Positions 8,466 through 17,507 of a stretch of 64,000 bases of DNA are shown here, one piece after another. A program made the position numbers and the translations under genes. The notes under the pieces were generated by a model. It was given only the letters and a program-made list of their open reading frames with translations, was not told where the DNA came from and did not search any database. Source of the DNA: an uncultured Marinomonas sp. (lineage in GTDB: Bacteria; Pseudomonadota; Gammaproteobacteria; Pseudomonadales; Marinomonadaceae); contig CALLIL010000002.1 of the NCBI GenBank assembly GCA_938009755.1, forward strand, positions 6,420 to 70,419. Reading direction: 5' to 3'. Position 1 is the first letter of the stretch. Each line of letters begins with the position of its first letter.

Positions 8466-9239
8466 TTAAAACTTCCACAACCCTTCTTTCATTTTGAGCT
8501 GCATGATGAGCTGGTTAAATACAGCTTGAAACTGTACTGCGTCGACTTCTGGGTCGTAACCATCTTTTGCCGCTATACGTGCATTGTAAAGTTGGGTTGT
8601 TGCGGTTAAATAGGGCGTGAGTAAGTCGCTGTCTATCTCGAAGCCTTCTTGTTTTACGGCTCCCATAAGTTGCGCGCTGGTTTTTGCCATGAGGTCTAGA
8701 TTTATTTGTTGCGCTTTTGGAGGAGTAAGAGGCTTTTGATCTAAAAAGCCTTGTGTTAGTTCTAATCGCTGCTCGATGACACGGCATGTTCGGCCAATCA
8801 GCTTACCTTTACCCAAAAGTATTTTACTTAGCCATGCTTGACTGTAGCCGCATATTTCAGCGATTTGTGCCTGAGTCATCTTCTTATCCGCTTCCAGATG
8901 AGAAACGTACTTAGTAAAGTTCTGTCTGCGCCATTGGTATATCCATGCGTTGTGGAATTCTTCATCGGACATTTCTGCGATTTTGAGCACTTCGGCAAGC
9001 TGTATGTCTAAAAGTTTACAGATCATGACGGCTTCTTCTAGTGTGAAAGAGGTAATTCCTCTCATTCGCTTGTCGATAGATTGAGTCGACAACCCCAAAT
9101 ACTCGGCCACATCGCTTTTTTCAAATCGTGACGCCATGATGATGCGCTGCATCGCCAGAGAGCAGGCACTGGCCGTGCTGTTTTTCTCTTCTTTTGTCAT
9201 GGCTAATGAATTTTTAGCGGTGAGGTCATCGGCATTCAT
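8466..9239 (-). CDS. Putative prophage repressor with two XRE-type HTH domains and no S24 peptidase domain
   Basis: KSDVAEYLGLSTQSIDKRMRG and MTQAQIAEICGYSQAWLSKILLG; divergent from the rightward early operon. Confidence 0.7.
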   Translation of the reverse strand: MNADDLTAKNSLAMTKEEKNSTASACSLAMQRIIMASRFEKSDVAEYLGLSTQSIDKRMRGITSFTLEEAVMICKLLDIQLAEVLKIAEMSDEEFHNAWIYQWRRQNFTKYVSHLEADKKMTQAQIAEICGYSQAWLSKILLGKGKLIGRTCRVIEQRLELTQGFLDQKPLTPPKAQQINLDLMAKTSAQLMGAVKQEGFEIDSDLLTPYLTATTQLYNARIAAKDGYDPEVDAVQFQAVFNQLIMQLKMKEGLWKF

Positions 9240-9471
9240 GTGTCTGTATTTCCTGAAAATATATTATAAAGTCGTATTTTAGGTGTTTATTACTTTTTAG
9301 GATCGCTCAAATTAAGAAATATGTTTACTGTATTGATCTTTATGGTATATATTTGATTATACTGTGACGGTGTAAACAATGATGAAGTGTGTTGATTACA
9401 TTTAATCAGTTTAGAAGATTTGCCCTAATTCCCGCTGTGAAGCGCCAGTTTGGGCAATTTATGGAGAGGTT

Positions 9472-9789
9472 ATGTCGAGTCAGCTTAACACATTGGATCA
9501 TGAATTAATGCGCATTTTATTAAGTGCCTCTGGCGGTTTGTCTTTCGCTGTATTGGTTCGTTTGTCTAGACAGTCTCGCTCAAGAGTTTATCGTTCTATC
9601 AATAAGTTGGTCGGTCGTGCTTTTGTGAGTCGTCGTGTTAAGTGTGGTGCTAAGCCTCTTTATTTTGCAATTTCTCATTCCTCTTATTTCCCGCCTGTTC
9701 ACGATGTGAGCGGCGGGGTTTTTTCTTGGGATGATGCAGAGCTGGCGGTGTTGGTCGCTGAATGTGAAGAAAAATTTTTAACCAATTAA
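9472..9789 (+). CDS. Winged-helix DNA-binding protein in Cro position
   Basis: SRQSRSRVYRSINKLVGRAFVSR; GGAGAGG RBS. Confidence 0.6.
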   Translation: MSSQLNTLDHELMRILLSASGGLSFAVLVRLSRQSRSRVYRSINKLVGRAFVSRRVKCGAKPLYFAISHSSYFPPVHDVSGGVFSWDDAELAVLVAECEEKFLTN

Positions 9790-9845
9790 TGAGGATCGAA
9801 ACACGACGTTGATAGGGCCATGACAGCCCGCGATTCTGCACCTAT

Positions 9846-9874
9846 TTGACAGGTACAGAGCAATGATTAATAAT
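9846..9874 (+). promoter_or_regulatory. sigma70 promoter of the C4-like region
   Basis: TTGACA, 17 bp, AATAAT. Confidence 0.65.
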
Positions 9875-9993
9875 TTAACCGTTCCTGCAAAATCAGGAAC
9901 CCGGACTCGCACTCTGGATAACATTTACAAGGGCAGACGAACCGCCCAAAGCGGTTTTTTTTATGTCTGCAGCACACCTGTACCTACCTGTTA

Positions 9994-10077
9994 TGGTCGG
10001 TTGGGTGGAGCTACCTTCGGGTAGGTCGGCTTTTTCCTTGTATGTGCCGATAGTGCGAAACTCCGCTCGACTGACCA
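9994..10077 (+). ncRNA. C4-type antisense RNA
   Basis: Closing stem TGGTCGGTTGGGTGGAG/CTCCGCTCGACTGACCA, CTACC-TTCG-GGTAG hairpin, AGTGCGA complementary to TCGCACT at 9907 and 10090; overlaps an Ash-like reading frame. Confidence 0.8.
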
Positions 10078-10136
10078 CCCTATTGAAATTCGCACTTCGG
10101 TTTGGTGGTTCCAAAAAACATACTTGGAGCACTGCC

Positions 10137-10427
10137 ATGGCACAATTACGCCTAATTTCTGATATTCACACGATTAGCCCTGCTGATCTCATTCGCAATA
10201 CCATCAAATCCTTACCTGTTTTTGGCGAATCGCCTCGCGTTTTGCTCGATGCTGAAGAGGTTTCTAGCGCGACCAAACTTCCGATTGATGAAGTGAAGAA
10301 TGCCATCAAAACGCTTGAACGCGAGGGCTACATTGCTCGCATGTTTAAAGGCCGTCGATCTAAAACCCATGTTTATGCGCTGTTGAATCCTAGCCTGAAA
10401 GGAACAGCAATGGAGGTGTGGGTATGA
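10137..10427 (+). CDS. Winged-HTH protein downstream of the C4 target site
   Basis: GGAG RBS; DAEEVSSATKLPIDEVKNAIKTLEREGYI. Confidence 0.7.
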   Translation: MAQLRLISDIHTISPADLIRNTIKSLPVFGESPRVLLDAEEVSSATKLPIDEVKNAIKTLEREGYIARMFKGRRSKTHVYALLNPSLKGTAMEVWV

Positions 10428-10705
10428 GTAATCAAGAATTTACTGGGCGAGTTACATACTCAATGAATGGCTTTCGCCACAATTTGAACAATTCATTAGC
10501 TGAGCTGAAAGCCTTGGTTAAGCAAATCGCTGACGATCAGAGCATCGATGAAGACCATCTTGATGAGCTTATGGATTCAGTTAACGACCTGATCTGTCAG
10601 TCTAACTCGGTGAACTGCGTTTATATTCCTGATGATGCTGATTTTAAAAATATGTCAGACCTGTATCTGCCTCCATTTAACGATGAAGAGGAGGGCGAGG
10701 CATGA
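10424..10705 (+). CDS. Acidic phage hypothetical protein
   Basis: ATGA coupling with upstream gene, GGAGG RBS. Confidence 0.6.
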   Translation: MSNQEFTGRVTYSMNGFRHNLNNSLAELKALVKQIADDQSIDEDHLDELMDSVNDLICQSNSVNCVYIPDDADFKNMSDLYLPPFNDEEEGEA

Positions 10706-10845
10706 ATTGCAGCGTTGTTTTTCTAATTATCGCATTGATCCTTATTGTGATCGCCTTTTATCCGTTTAGAACTTCCGACGAAAAGTTTCTTGGCTTTTTT
10801 GGTGTGGTTGTTCTTTTGATTTCTATCGTGGGGGCTTGGGGATGA
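10702..10845 (+). CDS. 47-aa two-TM small membrane protein (absent from ORF track)
   Basis: MNCSVVFLIIALILIVIAFYPF..GAWG; ATGA overlaps with both neighbours. Confidence 0.65.
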   Translation: MNCSVVFLIIALILIVIAFYPFRTSDEKFLGFFGVVVLLISIVGAWG

Positions 10846-11177
10846 GCGCGCCTTCTGCATTTCGTTCTGTTGTCCGTAAGGCTCGCAAGTCACACAAGTG
10901 CTGCGAGTGTAACGAGACTATTACTATTGGTGACCAGTATCAATATTCATCAGGTGTTTGGGACGGTGATCCAAGGAGCTATAAGCAATGTTTACGCTGC
11001 GGTGAGATTTTTGAAAAGCTGTCTCATGCTGGTTACGATGTTTGTTTTACTCAGTTGCGCGATTATTTGATTGACTTGGATTGTAAGAGTCAAGAGTGGC
11101 GCGTAATTGTGGCTGAACAGATTGATGTTGATTCCTCTGCTATTGCCCAACTTTTGAAAGTCGAGGTGGGTGTATGA
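10842..11177 (+). CDS. Zn-finger phage protein
   Basis: RKARKSHKCCEC..W.G..YKQCLRC. Confidence 0.7.
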   Translation: MSAPSAFRSVVRKARKSHKCCECNETITIGDQYQYSSGVWDGDPRSYKQCLRCGEIFEKLSHAGYDVCFTQLRDYLIDLDCKSQEWRVIVAEQIDVDSSAIAQLLKVEVGV

Positions 11178-11479
11178 TTAATCGACTTATTTCCATGTTC
11201 AAGCCTCGTAACGTGCATTACTACCGCTGTACATTGACCTACTATCGTAATGAAAATAAGACATGTTATGCCGTTTGCCATAATTATTTTGAGTTTCAAG
11301 TAAGTGAAAAAGACGGCGTCATCGACATATCGGATCGTTTTATAAAAAAACTCATCGCGCCTTCTTTGATAAAAAAAATGTCGAAACACTTTTTGTGCAA
11401 TGGCGAGGTTAAGGTCGTTGACGTGCAGTACCTTGGTGCGTTTAAAGCATTTCCCAAGGGTGCGGAGGTGTCTTCATGA
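11174..11479 (+). CDS. Phage hypothetical protein
   Basis: Coupled ORF. Confidence 0.55.
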   Translation: MINRLISMFKPRNVHYYRCTLTYYRNENKTCYAVCHNYFEFQVSEKDGVIDISDRFIKKLIAPSLIKKMSKHFLCNGEVKVVDVQYLGAFKAFPKGAEVSS

Positions 11480-12570
11480 GTATCACCCAAGCCGTGGCGG
11501 CCATAGGTCGCCTTGGTTTTACTGGCAATGTGACGCCTAAAATATGGTACAAGCAGATTTCTTTGCCTTCTGGTCGCCCCGATCATAAAGCGATTACCTT
11601 GTTGTCTGAAATTCTTTATTGGTATCGGCCAACTGAGGTGAGAGACGAGCACACTGGGCTGGTTGTAGGTTCTCGTAAGAAGTTTGCGGGTGACAAGTTG
11701 CAGCGCTCTTATCAATCATTTGCTGATGATTTTGGCATGACTAAGCGTGAGGTGCAGGATTCATTGAAGCGCTTACGTGATGCTGGCCTTATAACGTTGG
11801 AATTGAGATCCAAAACAGTTGGAGGTAATCATCTTTCCAATGTTCTTTATATTGAGCCTGTTGTTAGTGGTATTGATGGAATAACTTTTCCACCTACTGA
11901 CATTGATCCTTCTCCTGAAGACCCTATACCTACGCCTAACTGTAACACCTCCTCCGAAAATTCGGAGGTGCCCCTACGTGAAAATGTAGGTGCCCCTACG
12001 TTGAAACGGAGGACGTATACAGAGAATACACAAGAGATTACTACAGAGACTAAGAGCTTAGTTCTATTGTCCGATTCTGCCGAATCGAACGTGCCAGCCG
12101 AGAGTGATCGTCGCGTTCCCTTCAATTCGATTGAAAGAAAGAAAATATTATCTGAAGGCTTTGGGCTTTTTTGGGATGTTTATCAGAAAAAGACAGGTCG
12201 CAAAGCCGCTGAAAAAGCATTTTTAAAAATTCAGTTTCCTAAATCTTGCGATTCTCGGCTTGAGTTTTCTAGCCAAACTGAAGCTATTGAACATCTCCAA
12301 CGAACTCGTGATGCTGCTCGTAATTATTTACAAGATATTATTTTGCAAGCCAAACGCTGGGGGGATTTGTATGCCTCGGCTCCAGATGACCAGAAGCAAT
12401 TTCAACCGCACCCAGCCACTTGGATCAACAACGAGCGCTGGGAAGATGAAGAGTTACCGACGATTCGACAGGGGCAAAGCTTTGATGGTTCTCAGGCGCC
12501 TAGCATCGGTAAAGATCAGCGCTCAGCGGTAAGTGATTCACTTACCAACATTCACGATACAGATTGGTAG
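11476..12570 (+). CDS. Phage replication initiator (O-like)
   Basis: GNVTP..WY..AITLLSEILYWYRP, wHTH region, YTENTQEITTE linker, FWDVY.KK..A.KAF, HPATWIN.ERWEDE. Confidence 0.85.
   Translation: MSITQAVAAIGRLGFTGNVTPKIWYKQISLPSGRPDHKAITLLSEILYWYRPTEVRDEHTGLVVGSRKKFAGDKLQRSYQSFADDFGMTKREVQDSLKRLRDAGLITLELRSKTVGGNHLSNVLYIEPVVSGIDGITFPPTDIDPSPEDPIPTPNCNTSSENSEVPLRENVGAPTLKRRTYTENTQEITTETKSLVLLSDSAESNVPAESDRRVPFNSIERKKILSEGFGLFWDVYQKKTGRKAAEKAFLKIQFPKSCDSRLEFSSQTEAIEHLQRTRDAARNYLQDIILQAKRWGDLYASAPDDQKQFQPHPATWINNERWEDEELPTIRQGQSFDGSQAPSIGKDQRSAVSDSLTNIHDTDW
11951..12008. repeat. Putative origin iterons inside the initiator gene
   Basis: AGGTGCCCCTACGT at 11966 and 11988 (22-bp period) plus inverted repeat CCTCCGAA-AA-TTCGGAGG. 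Confidence 0.55.
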
Positions 12571-12578
12571 GGGGTCTC

Positions 12579-12932
12579 ATGAATAACAACGATTTATTTA
12601 ATGATTTTCCAACGGTGGGCGCGGCTTACACGGAAGCGGCCAATCATTCTCACGATGTGGCGAGCTGGAAGCCAAGCCATATTGTTGTGATGGAAGCGGC
12701 TCGTCGCGTTGGTTTTCAAGCATTACGCCGCCGTGACACAGGCGCTGGTAAGCGAGCATTTGGAAAGCATTACAGCGACGTGTGCAAAGCGTATTTGCGC
12801 GGTGAGCGATTTAAGCCGGTAATCATTGATAAGCCCAAGACTGAAAAACTGAGTGAACAAGAAGCGCTGAATCGAAAAGTGATTGGCCGCCAGCGTGTTG
12901 GTGATTTGAAAGAGCTGCTGGGGAGAGGGTGA
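12579..12932 (+). CDS. Replication protein P-like (C-terminal part only)
   Basis: PTVGAAYTEA..SH.VVMEAARRVGF..L..F.KHY; follows the initiator. Confidence 0.55.
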   Translation: MNNNDLFNDFPTVGAAYTEAANHSHDVASWKPSHIVVMEAARRVGFQALRRRDTGAGKRAFGKHYSDVCKAYLRGERFKPVIIDKPKTEKLSEQEALNRKVIGRQRVGDLKELLGRG

Positions 12933-13270
12933 GTATGGACGAGTCTGTTGTATTGAAAGCGTTGAAATTCTATCGAGAGAAGGTTCAAAAAGATTTCGAT
13001 AAGTTGGATGCGATCGTAAATGGTAATCACGCGTCAAAATTAATCGATGTGTTGAAAGAAGCTCAAGAAATTACGAAAAAGCCAGATTGGTATAAAACAC
13101 ATGGCTCAAGGCTTAAGTCGTTATCTATTGAAGAAAAGCGACTTCGTGCTGCTATAAAAAAATCTTGTGAAAGCGCGACTAATGATAAATGGCTGGCAGC
13201 GCGCTTAGAGCTTGACGAGTTGTCGAGAGAAATTAGCAACATTGAATTTCGTGAAAGGGTGAGGGCGTGA
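12929..13270 (+). CDS. Phage hypothetical protein
   Basis: Coupled ORF. Confidence 0.55.
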   Translation: MSMDESVVLKALKFYREKVQKDFDKLDAIVNGNHASKLIDVLKEAQEITKKPDWYKTHGSRLKSLSIEEKRLRAAIKKSCESATNDKWLAARLELDELSREISNIEFRERVRA

Positions 13271-13288
13271 TGGGTAAATATTGCTGAG

Positions 13289-13564
13289 GTGAAAAACATG
13301 GCAGATAAAAGAAATCAGAATGCTAAATATCAAATTAAAGATGGCCAGTTGGTTATCTCTATAGGACTGGCTGGTCTAAAGCGGTCGATCGAAGTTGATA
13401 CCGATTTAGTAGTTGATGATGAAGTTAAAGCGGCATTTGAGATCAAACAAGCACTTTCATGCGAAGAAGAAAACGGCCGAACGCCTTTTAGTATAATGCT
13501 GGCAAATTCAGCTTATAGCGCATATGAAAATGGTGCGGAAGGTTTTTCAGAGTTAGATGATTAA
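13289..13564 (+). CDS. Phage hypothetical protein
   Basis: GQLVISIG..EEENGRT motif; likely start ATG 13298. Confidence 0.55.
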   Translation: MKNMADKRNQNAKYQIKDGQLVISIGLAGLKRSIEVDTDLVVDDEVKAAFEIKQALSCEEENGRTPFSIMLANSAYSAYENGAEGFSELDD

Positions 13565-13601
13565 GTTTAATTAATCACTGTTGATAAATAGAGAGGGTTT
13601 T

Positions 13602-14051
13602 ATGTCATTAGATAAGCAATTTAAAAATTTGGAGGCTCGACCTGTTCGGACTCTTGTTGTGTGGGTTTTGGTCGCTGTTCTTATTTGTGGGATTGGTTCC
13701 ATTGCGGCCACTTCCATGGGCTTTTTTACGGATGCGGTGGCTACGGCTAAAAAAGAGTTTTCTGGCTCGGCGATGCTGAAAAAGTATGAGTGGTTTAAGG
13801 ATGCTGCAGAGCAAATTAGAAAGAAAAAGGCTGATGTAACCATGTATCAGTCAAGAATTGATCGATTTGGCTCTATCGATAATTTGGATAGAACGGATCG
13901 TGAAAGTTTGATGGTCTGGGAGCAAGAGCTTCTGGGTGTCAGGGCGAGCTTGAATGGGTTGGTTGCTGAGTATAACGCTCAATCAAGTAAGTTTAACTGG
14001 TCGGCATTTGATACGAATGAATCTGTGCCAACATTCTTTGAAACTAACTAA
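13602..14051 (+). CDS. Single-pass membrane protein with coiled coil
   Basis: N-terminal TM, KKYEWFKD..EYNAQS.KFNW. Confidence 0.7.
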   Translation: MSLDKQFKNLEARPVRTLVVWVLVAVLICGIGSIAATSMGFFTDAVATAKKEFSGSAMLKKYEWFKDAAEQIRKKKADVTMYQSRIDRFGSIDNLDRTDRESLMVWEQELLGVRASLNGLVAEYNAQSSKFNWSAFDTNESVPTFFETN

Positions 14052-14062
14052 AGGTAATAGAT

Positions 14063-14623
14063 ATGAAAACGAAGCTCCTTTTAATGCTAGCTGTGTGTTT
14101 TTCATTGGCGGCGTGTAATTCGGAGGGCTCACCAAGAGCTCAAAAAACAGAAAGTGGCGTGTCTCAAGCTAAGGCTACGGTTAAGGTTCAAGCGTCTGGC
14201 ATGACGTTAGAGCAGGAAAATATTGTCCGTAGTTACGATGTTGATAATAAGCCCGGTGCGATAAAGCATCTTTATGTGATTTCACCTTATAGTGGTCAGG
14301 CTCTAATTTATTCAACCGTGAAAGGTAAGGTGACATCGAGCAAGAAGTCTATTAATCCGACCTTGGTATCGAATGCGGATGGTGATCAGGTTGCCTCCAC
14401 ATTTAGCGGTTTCCCTGTGACAATTCACAACCGATTGGTTGTAACAGGGCAAGTGATGCAAGAATCTGGCACTTACGGTGATTCTGACCCTTATATCTAT
14501 TGGTGGGATGTTCAGGGGCGATACCACAAGCACTTTGTTACAGGTGGACAGATTTTGCACATCAGCGACCAGCCTTTAGCTATTAAAAATGTTGTTATCA
14601 ATATGGAGCTGGCAAGCAAGTAA
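14063..14623 (+). CDS. Phage lipoprotein
   Basis: Lipobox LAAC; LEQENI..TVKGKVTS..GTYG.S..YIYWW. Confidence 0.75.
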   Translation: MKTKLLLMLAVCFSLAACNSEGSPRAQKTESGVSQAKATVKVQASGMTLEQENIVRSYDVDNKPGAIKHLYVISPYSGQALIYSTVKGKVTSSKKSINPTLVSNADGDQVASTFSGFPVTIHNRLVVTGQVMQESGTYGDSDPYIYWWDVQGRYHKHFVTGGQILHISDQPLAIKNVVINMELASK

Positions 14624-14677
14624 TTTATTTTATGGGCTGGTTCGCCAGCCATTTTTTTACTTTGTTGAGAGGGTGTT

Positions 14678-15301
14678 ATGTCAAAAGTTATGTTGGTGGG
14701 TTTTGATTTAGAAGCGGGCGGTTTGAACGGCTATGAGACGCTAGAAAATGGTGAGCGGGTGCATGGTGCGCTGCATTATCCGATTCTTGAAATGGCGTTT
14801 GTGGTTTGTGACGACAAGTTAAATAAAGTTGAGTCGTTTTCAATTGGCATCTGGGATGAGTCGTTTTTAGATCGTCTTTCTCCATGGGCGCTGGATAAAC
14901 ACACTGAATCAGGTTTGATCGATCAGTTACGAAATGCTTCAGGTGATCATGATTATGTTTTTACGAGAATGGATGCTGCAGAGAAATACATTATTGATTG
15001 TCTTGAAGGTCTTGGTGTCACGAAATACGACCGCGAAGCGAAAACGGGTGGGATTTTGTTTGGTAACAGTATTGGGTTTGATGTGTCGTATATCGATGCG
15101 CAAATGCCAATGCTTAAAGCGTTTTTCCATTATCGAACGGTTGATGTTTCTAGTATTGATTTGCTGCGTCAAACAGCTTGGGCTGATGTCGGTTTGCCAA
15201 AAGTTGAGAAAGAGTATGCCCATACCGCCATGAGTGATATTCAAGAAACACTGGGCGAGTTAGAGGCTTATACGGATGTTGTTAAAGGTTTAAAGTCTTG
15301 A
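14678..15301 (+). CDS. orn: Oligoribonuclease-like DEDDh exonuclease (phage copy)
   Basis: DLE.GGL, ILE.A, H..SGL, GNSIGFD, MP.L..FFHYR.VDVSSI, H.A.SDI.E..EL..Y. Confidence 0.85.
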   Translation: MSKVMLVGFDLEAGGLNGYETLENGERVHGALHYPILEMAFVVCDDKLNKVESFSIGIWDESFLDRLSPWALDKHTESGLIDQLRNASGDHDYVFTRMDAAEKYIIDCLEGLGVTKYDREAKTGGILFGNSIGFDVSYIDAQMPMLKAFFHYRTVDVSSIDLLRQTAWADVGLPKVEKEYAHTAMSDIQETLGELEAYTDVVKGLKS

Positions 15302-15383
15302 AATTTTAGGTCGCTCAACTATCTGGAATTACCGGATAGTTGATATAAAAATCAATCATCGTCGTGATGACGAGGAGTAAAAT

Positions 15384-15899
15384 ATGCGTTGGCCAAAACG
15401 TAATGAAGTCGGGTCTTTGGGCTGGCTGTCTTGGATTATTATTAATAAGCACATTGACTCGTTGGTGTCGTCGTCGGCAGATGCGGCTTGGGCTGGTGTG
15501 AGTAACACGGGCAAAATCTGCGATATTCTAAAATCGGGCGTGGTGCCTGAATTTGGCGGTGGCGGTGATTCTAATGCAAAGATGATTCGTGCTATTGAGC
15601 GACTAACGACGAAAGACAGTGGTTATGCGTATTTGTTTGAGCCGCTTTCTCCTATGCAGCGCCTGTGTTTATTTGCGGGTGTTTTGGCTGAAGGTCGAAA
15701 AGATGCGAGAGGTGTGGCCCCTTCGAATAAGTCTATTGTGGATTGCATGGCGAGCTATGCGGCTGAGTTGGGATTCGAGAAACGTTACTTTGAATTGGCG
15801 GAAAGCAGATATGAAAGGCATGTATCAGAAGGTAAATCTCGGTTTGTTCGTGCGTTGGGTGTTGCGTTAGAAAATGCGGCTTTGGAGGCCGCTAAATGA
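15384..15899 (+). CDS. Possible late-gene regulator (Q-like position)
   Basis: GAGGAG RBS; position near the end of the early operon; function from position only. Confidence 0.4.
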   Translation: MRWPKRNEVGSLGWLSWIIINKHIDSLVSSSADAAWAGVSNTGKICDILKSGVVPEFGGGGDSNAKMIRAIERLTTKDSGYAYLFEPLSPMQRLCLFAGVLAEGRKDARGVAPSNKSIVDCMASYAAELGFEKRYFELAESRYERHVSEGKSRFVRALGVALENAALEAAK

Positions 15900-17047
15900 C
15901 AAAACGCATTACGGACACTTCTATTAAGTTGTTCTTATCATCTAGTGATAAAGAGTGGTGTTTTGATTCTCGTCGCGTTGAATTTCGAGCAAACAAAAAG
16001 CGAACAGGCGGGACGTTTTACGATGTTGTGTACCAGGGTAAACGTAAAATACGGACGGTTCTTGGTAAATGGCCAGCGCTGAAAGCGAGCGACTTGTTTA
16101 AGCGACTTTCTGAAATTCGCACCCAGTTAATGGCGGGTGAGCGAACGGGCAGTAAAGTCGATACGGTAACGGATTGCGGCGTTTTACTGTTGTGGTTTGT
16201 CGATCATATTGAAAATGACAAGTCGTTTAGTCGATCGTATGTAGAGAACTCATATAGTTTTATTCATTCGCATTTAATTGGGTGTTTTGAAGGCGTGTCG
16301 GTTAAAGGCTTGACTCGTAATGTGGTTTATCAGCGTTTTTATAAAGTGAAAATGTCTGTTTTGGAGTTGTCTTCTATTCGCACTATTTGGGGTGTTTTGA
16401 AGCGCGCTTGTTCGTTGGCGGCGAAGCTTGAGGTGATTGCGGCTGATCCGCTTGCTGGTGTGGGCTGGAAGGATTTTTCAAACACAAAGGAAAGGCCAAA
16501 ATCAGGGCGCTTGAAAGTGCATCATTTGCCGATGGTAGCGTCAGAAATTAATAAGGCTCAGTTTACAAGGCGTTTGTTTTTCATGCTGCAGCTGTGTCAT
16601 GGAACAAGGATCGGTGAGACAGCATTAGCAAAGTGGAAGAATTTCTCGTTAGAGGAAGGGGAGTGGTATATTCCAGCAGAAGATACTAAGCCCAAAGTGG
16701 AGCACCGGCTCCCGCTGGCCCCTGAAATGGTGGCGTTGTTAAAACAGGCAAAAGCGTCATCGCGTGGTGAGTATGTTTTCAGTCGCTGCGGTGGGATTCC
16801 TATTTCTAAAGTCACGGCCAACAATTGGTATAAGGATTTACGGTCTAATTTAGATGTGTATTTTACGTCTCATGATATGCGTAAGTTAGCCAATGATTTC
16901 TGGATGCATGAAGGCATTGATAGCAACGTTCGTGAAATGCTACTGAACCACTCCCGCGGTGATTTAGAAGGGCGATACGAAAGCCAGTATGCATGGCCCC
17001 TGATGAAAGAGGCTGTGGGGAAATTGACGGGTGAAGTGGTTTTTTAA
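15896..17047 (+). CDS. Second tyrosine recombinase
   Basis: HGTRIGE, DTKPK, SHDMRK, LLNHS, GRYE; N-terminal arm-binding-like LGKWPAL. Confidence 0.9.
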   Translation: MTKRITDTSIKLFLSSSDKEWCFDSRRVEFRANKKRTGGTFYDVVYQGKRKIRTVLGKWPALKASDLFKRLSEIRTQLMAGERTGSKVDTVTDCGVLLLWFVDHIENDKSFSRSYVENSYSFIHSHLIGCFEGVSVKGLTRNVVYQRFYKVKMSVLELSSIRTIWGVLKRACSLAAKLEVIAADPLAGVGWKDFSNTKERPKSGRLKVHHLPMVASEINKAQFTRRLFFMLQLCHGTRIGETALAKWKNFSLEEGEWYIPAEDTKPKVEHRLPLAPEMVALLKQAKASSRGEYVFSRCGGIPISKVTANNWYKDLRSNLDVYFTSHDMRKLANDFWMHEGIDSNVREMLLNHSRGDLEGRYESQYAWPLMKEAVGKLTGEVVF

Positions 17048-17067
17048 TCTGAAATAGGCGAATTAAT

Positions 17068-17487
17068 ATGATTGTTGGGAGAATGAGTGTGATCAGAGGG
17101 CAGGCTATGACTGAGGATTATTCAAAAAAAGTAAGCCTATTCAATTCGGGGAGCGCAGTTCATCTTGATGATGACGAAGCGTTTATTTTTGGCGGCGATT
17201 TTCACGGAGAGCCGCTTTCTAAATTTTTGATATCACTTCATAGTAAAGTGACACAAGAGGTTGCTCTGGAATTTAAACTGGATGCACAGGCTGCCAATGT
17301 CTCAAGGTTAGAAAATAACCATAAGATTTTATATGAAGTGTTTAGCTTAAATTTCTTAGGTAGAGACTATTTGGTTCTTGCTCACAATAAGCGAGCTTGT
17401 TTTGATGATGAAAACCATAATCAGCTAAGGGAAGATTTTATGTGTTTTTTGAAGACCGAACATAAAAAAGCCCTCATTTTAAATTGA
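17068..17487 (+). CDS. Hypothetical AT-rich moron protein
   Basis: Open 139-aa frame ending at a terminator; start uncertain. Confidence 0.55.
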   Translation: MIVGRMSVIRGQAMTEDYSKKVSLFNSGSAVHLDDDEAFIFGGDFHGEPLSKFLISLHSKVTQEVALEFKLDAQAANVSRLENNHKILYEVFSLNFLGRDYLVLAHNKRACFDDENHNQLREDFMCFLKTEHKKALILN

Positions 17488-17495
17488 GGGCTTTT
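17464..17495. terminator. Bidirectional terminator
   Basis: AAAAAAGCCCTCA..TGAGGGCTTTT. Confidence 0.75.
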
Positions 17496-17507
17496 AGTCT
17501 ATTTTGA

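Noticed and set aside
9345-9380. Second LexA box near the repressor promoter
   Set aside because: TACTGT half-sites lack a correctly spaced ACAG partner
9963-10136. Ash-like N-terminal extension of ORF 9963-10427
   Set aside because: Coincides with the C4-like RNA; a better RBS precedes ATG 10137, though translation of the extension cannot be excluded
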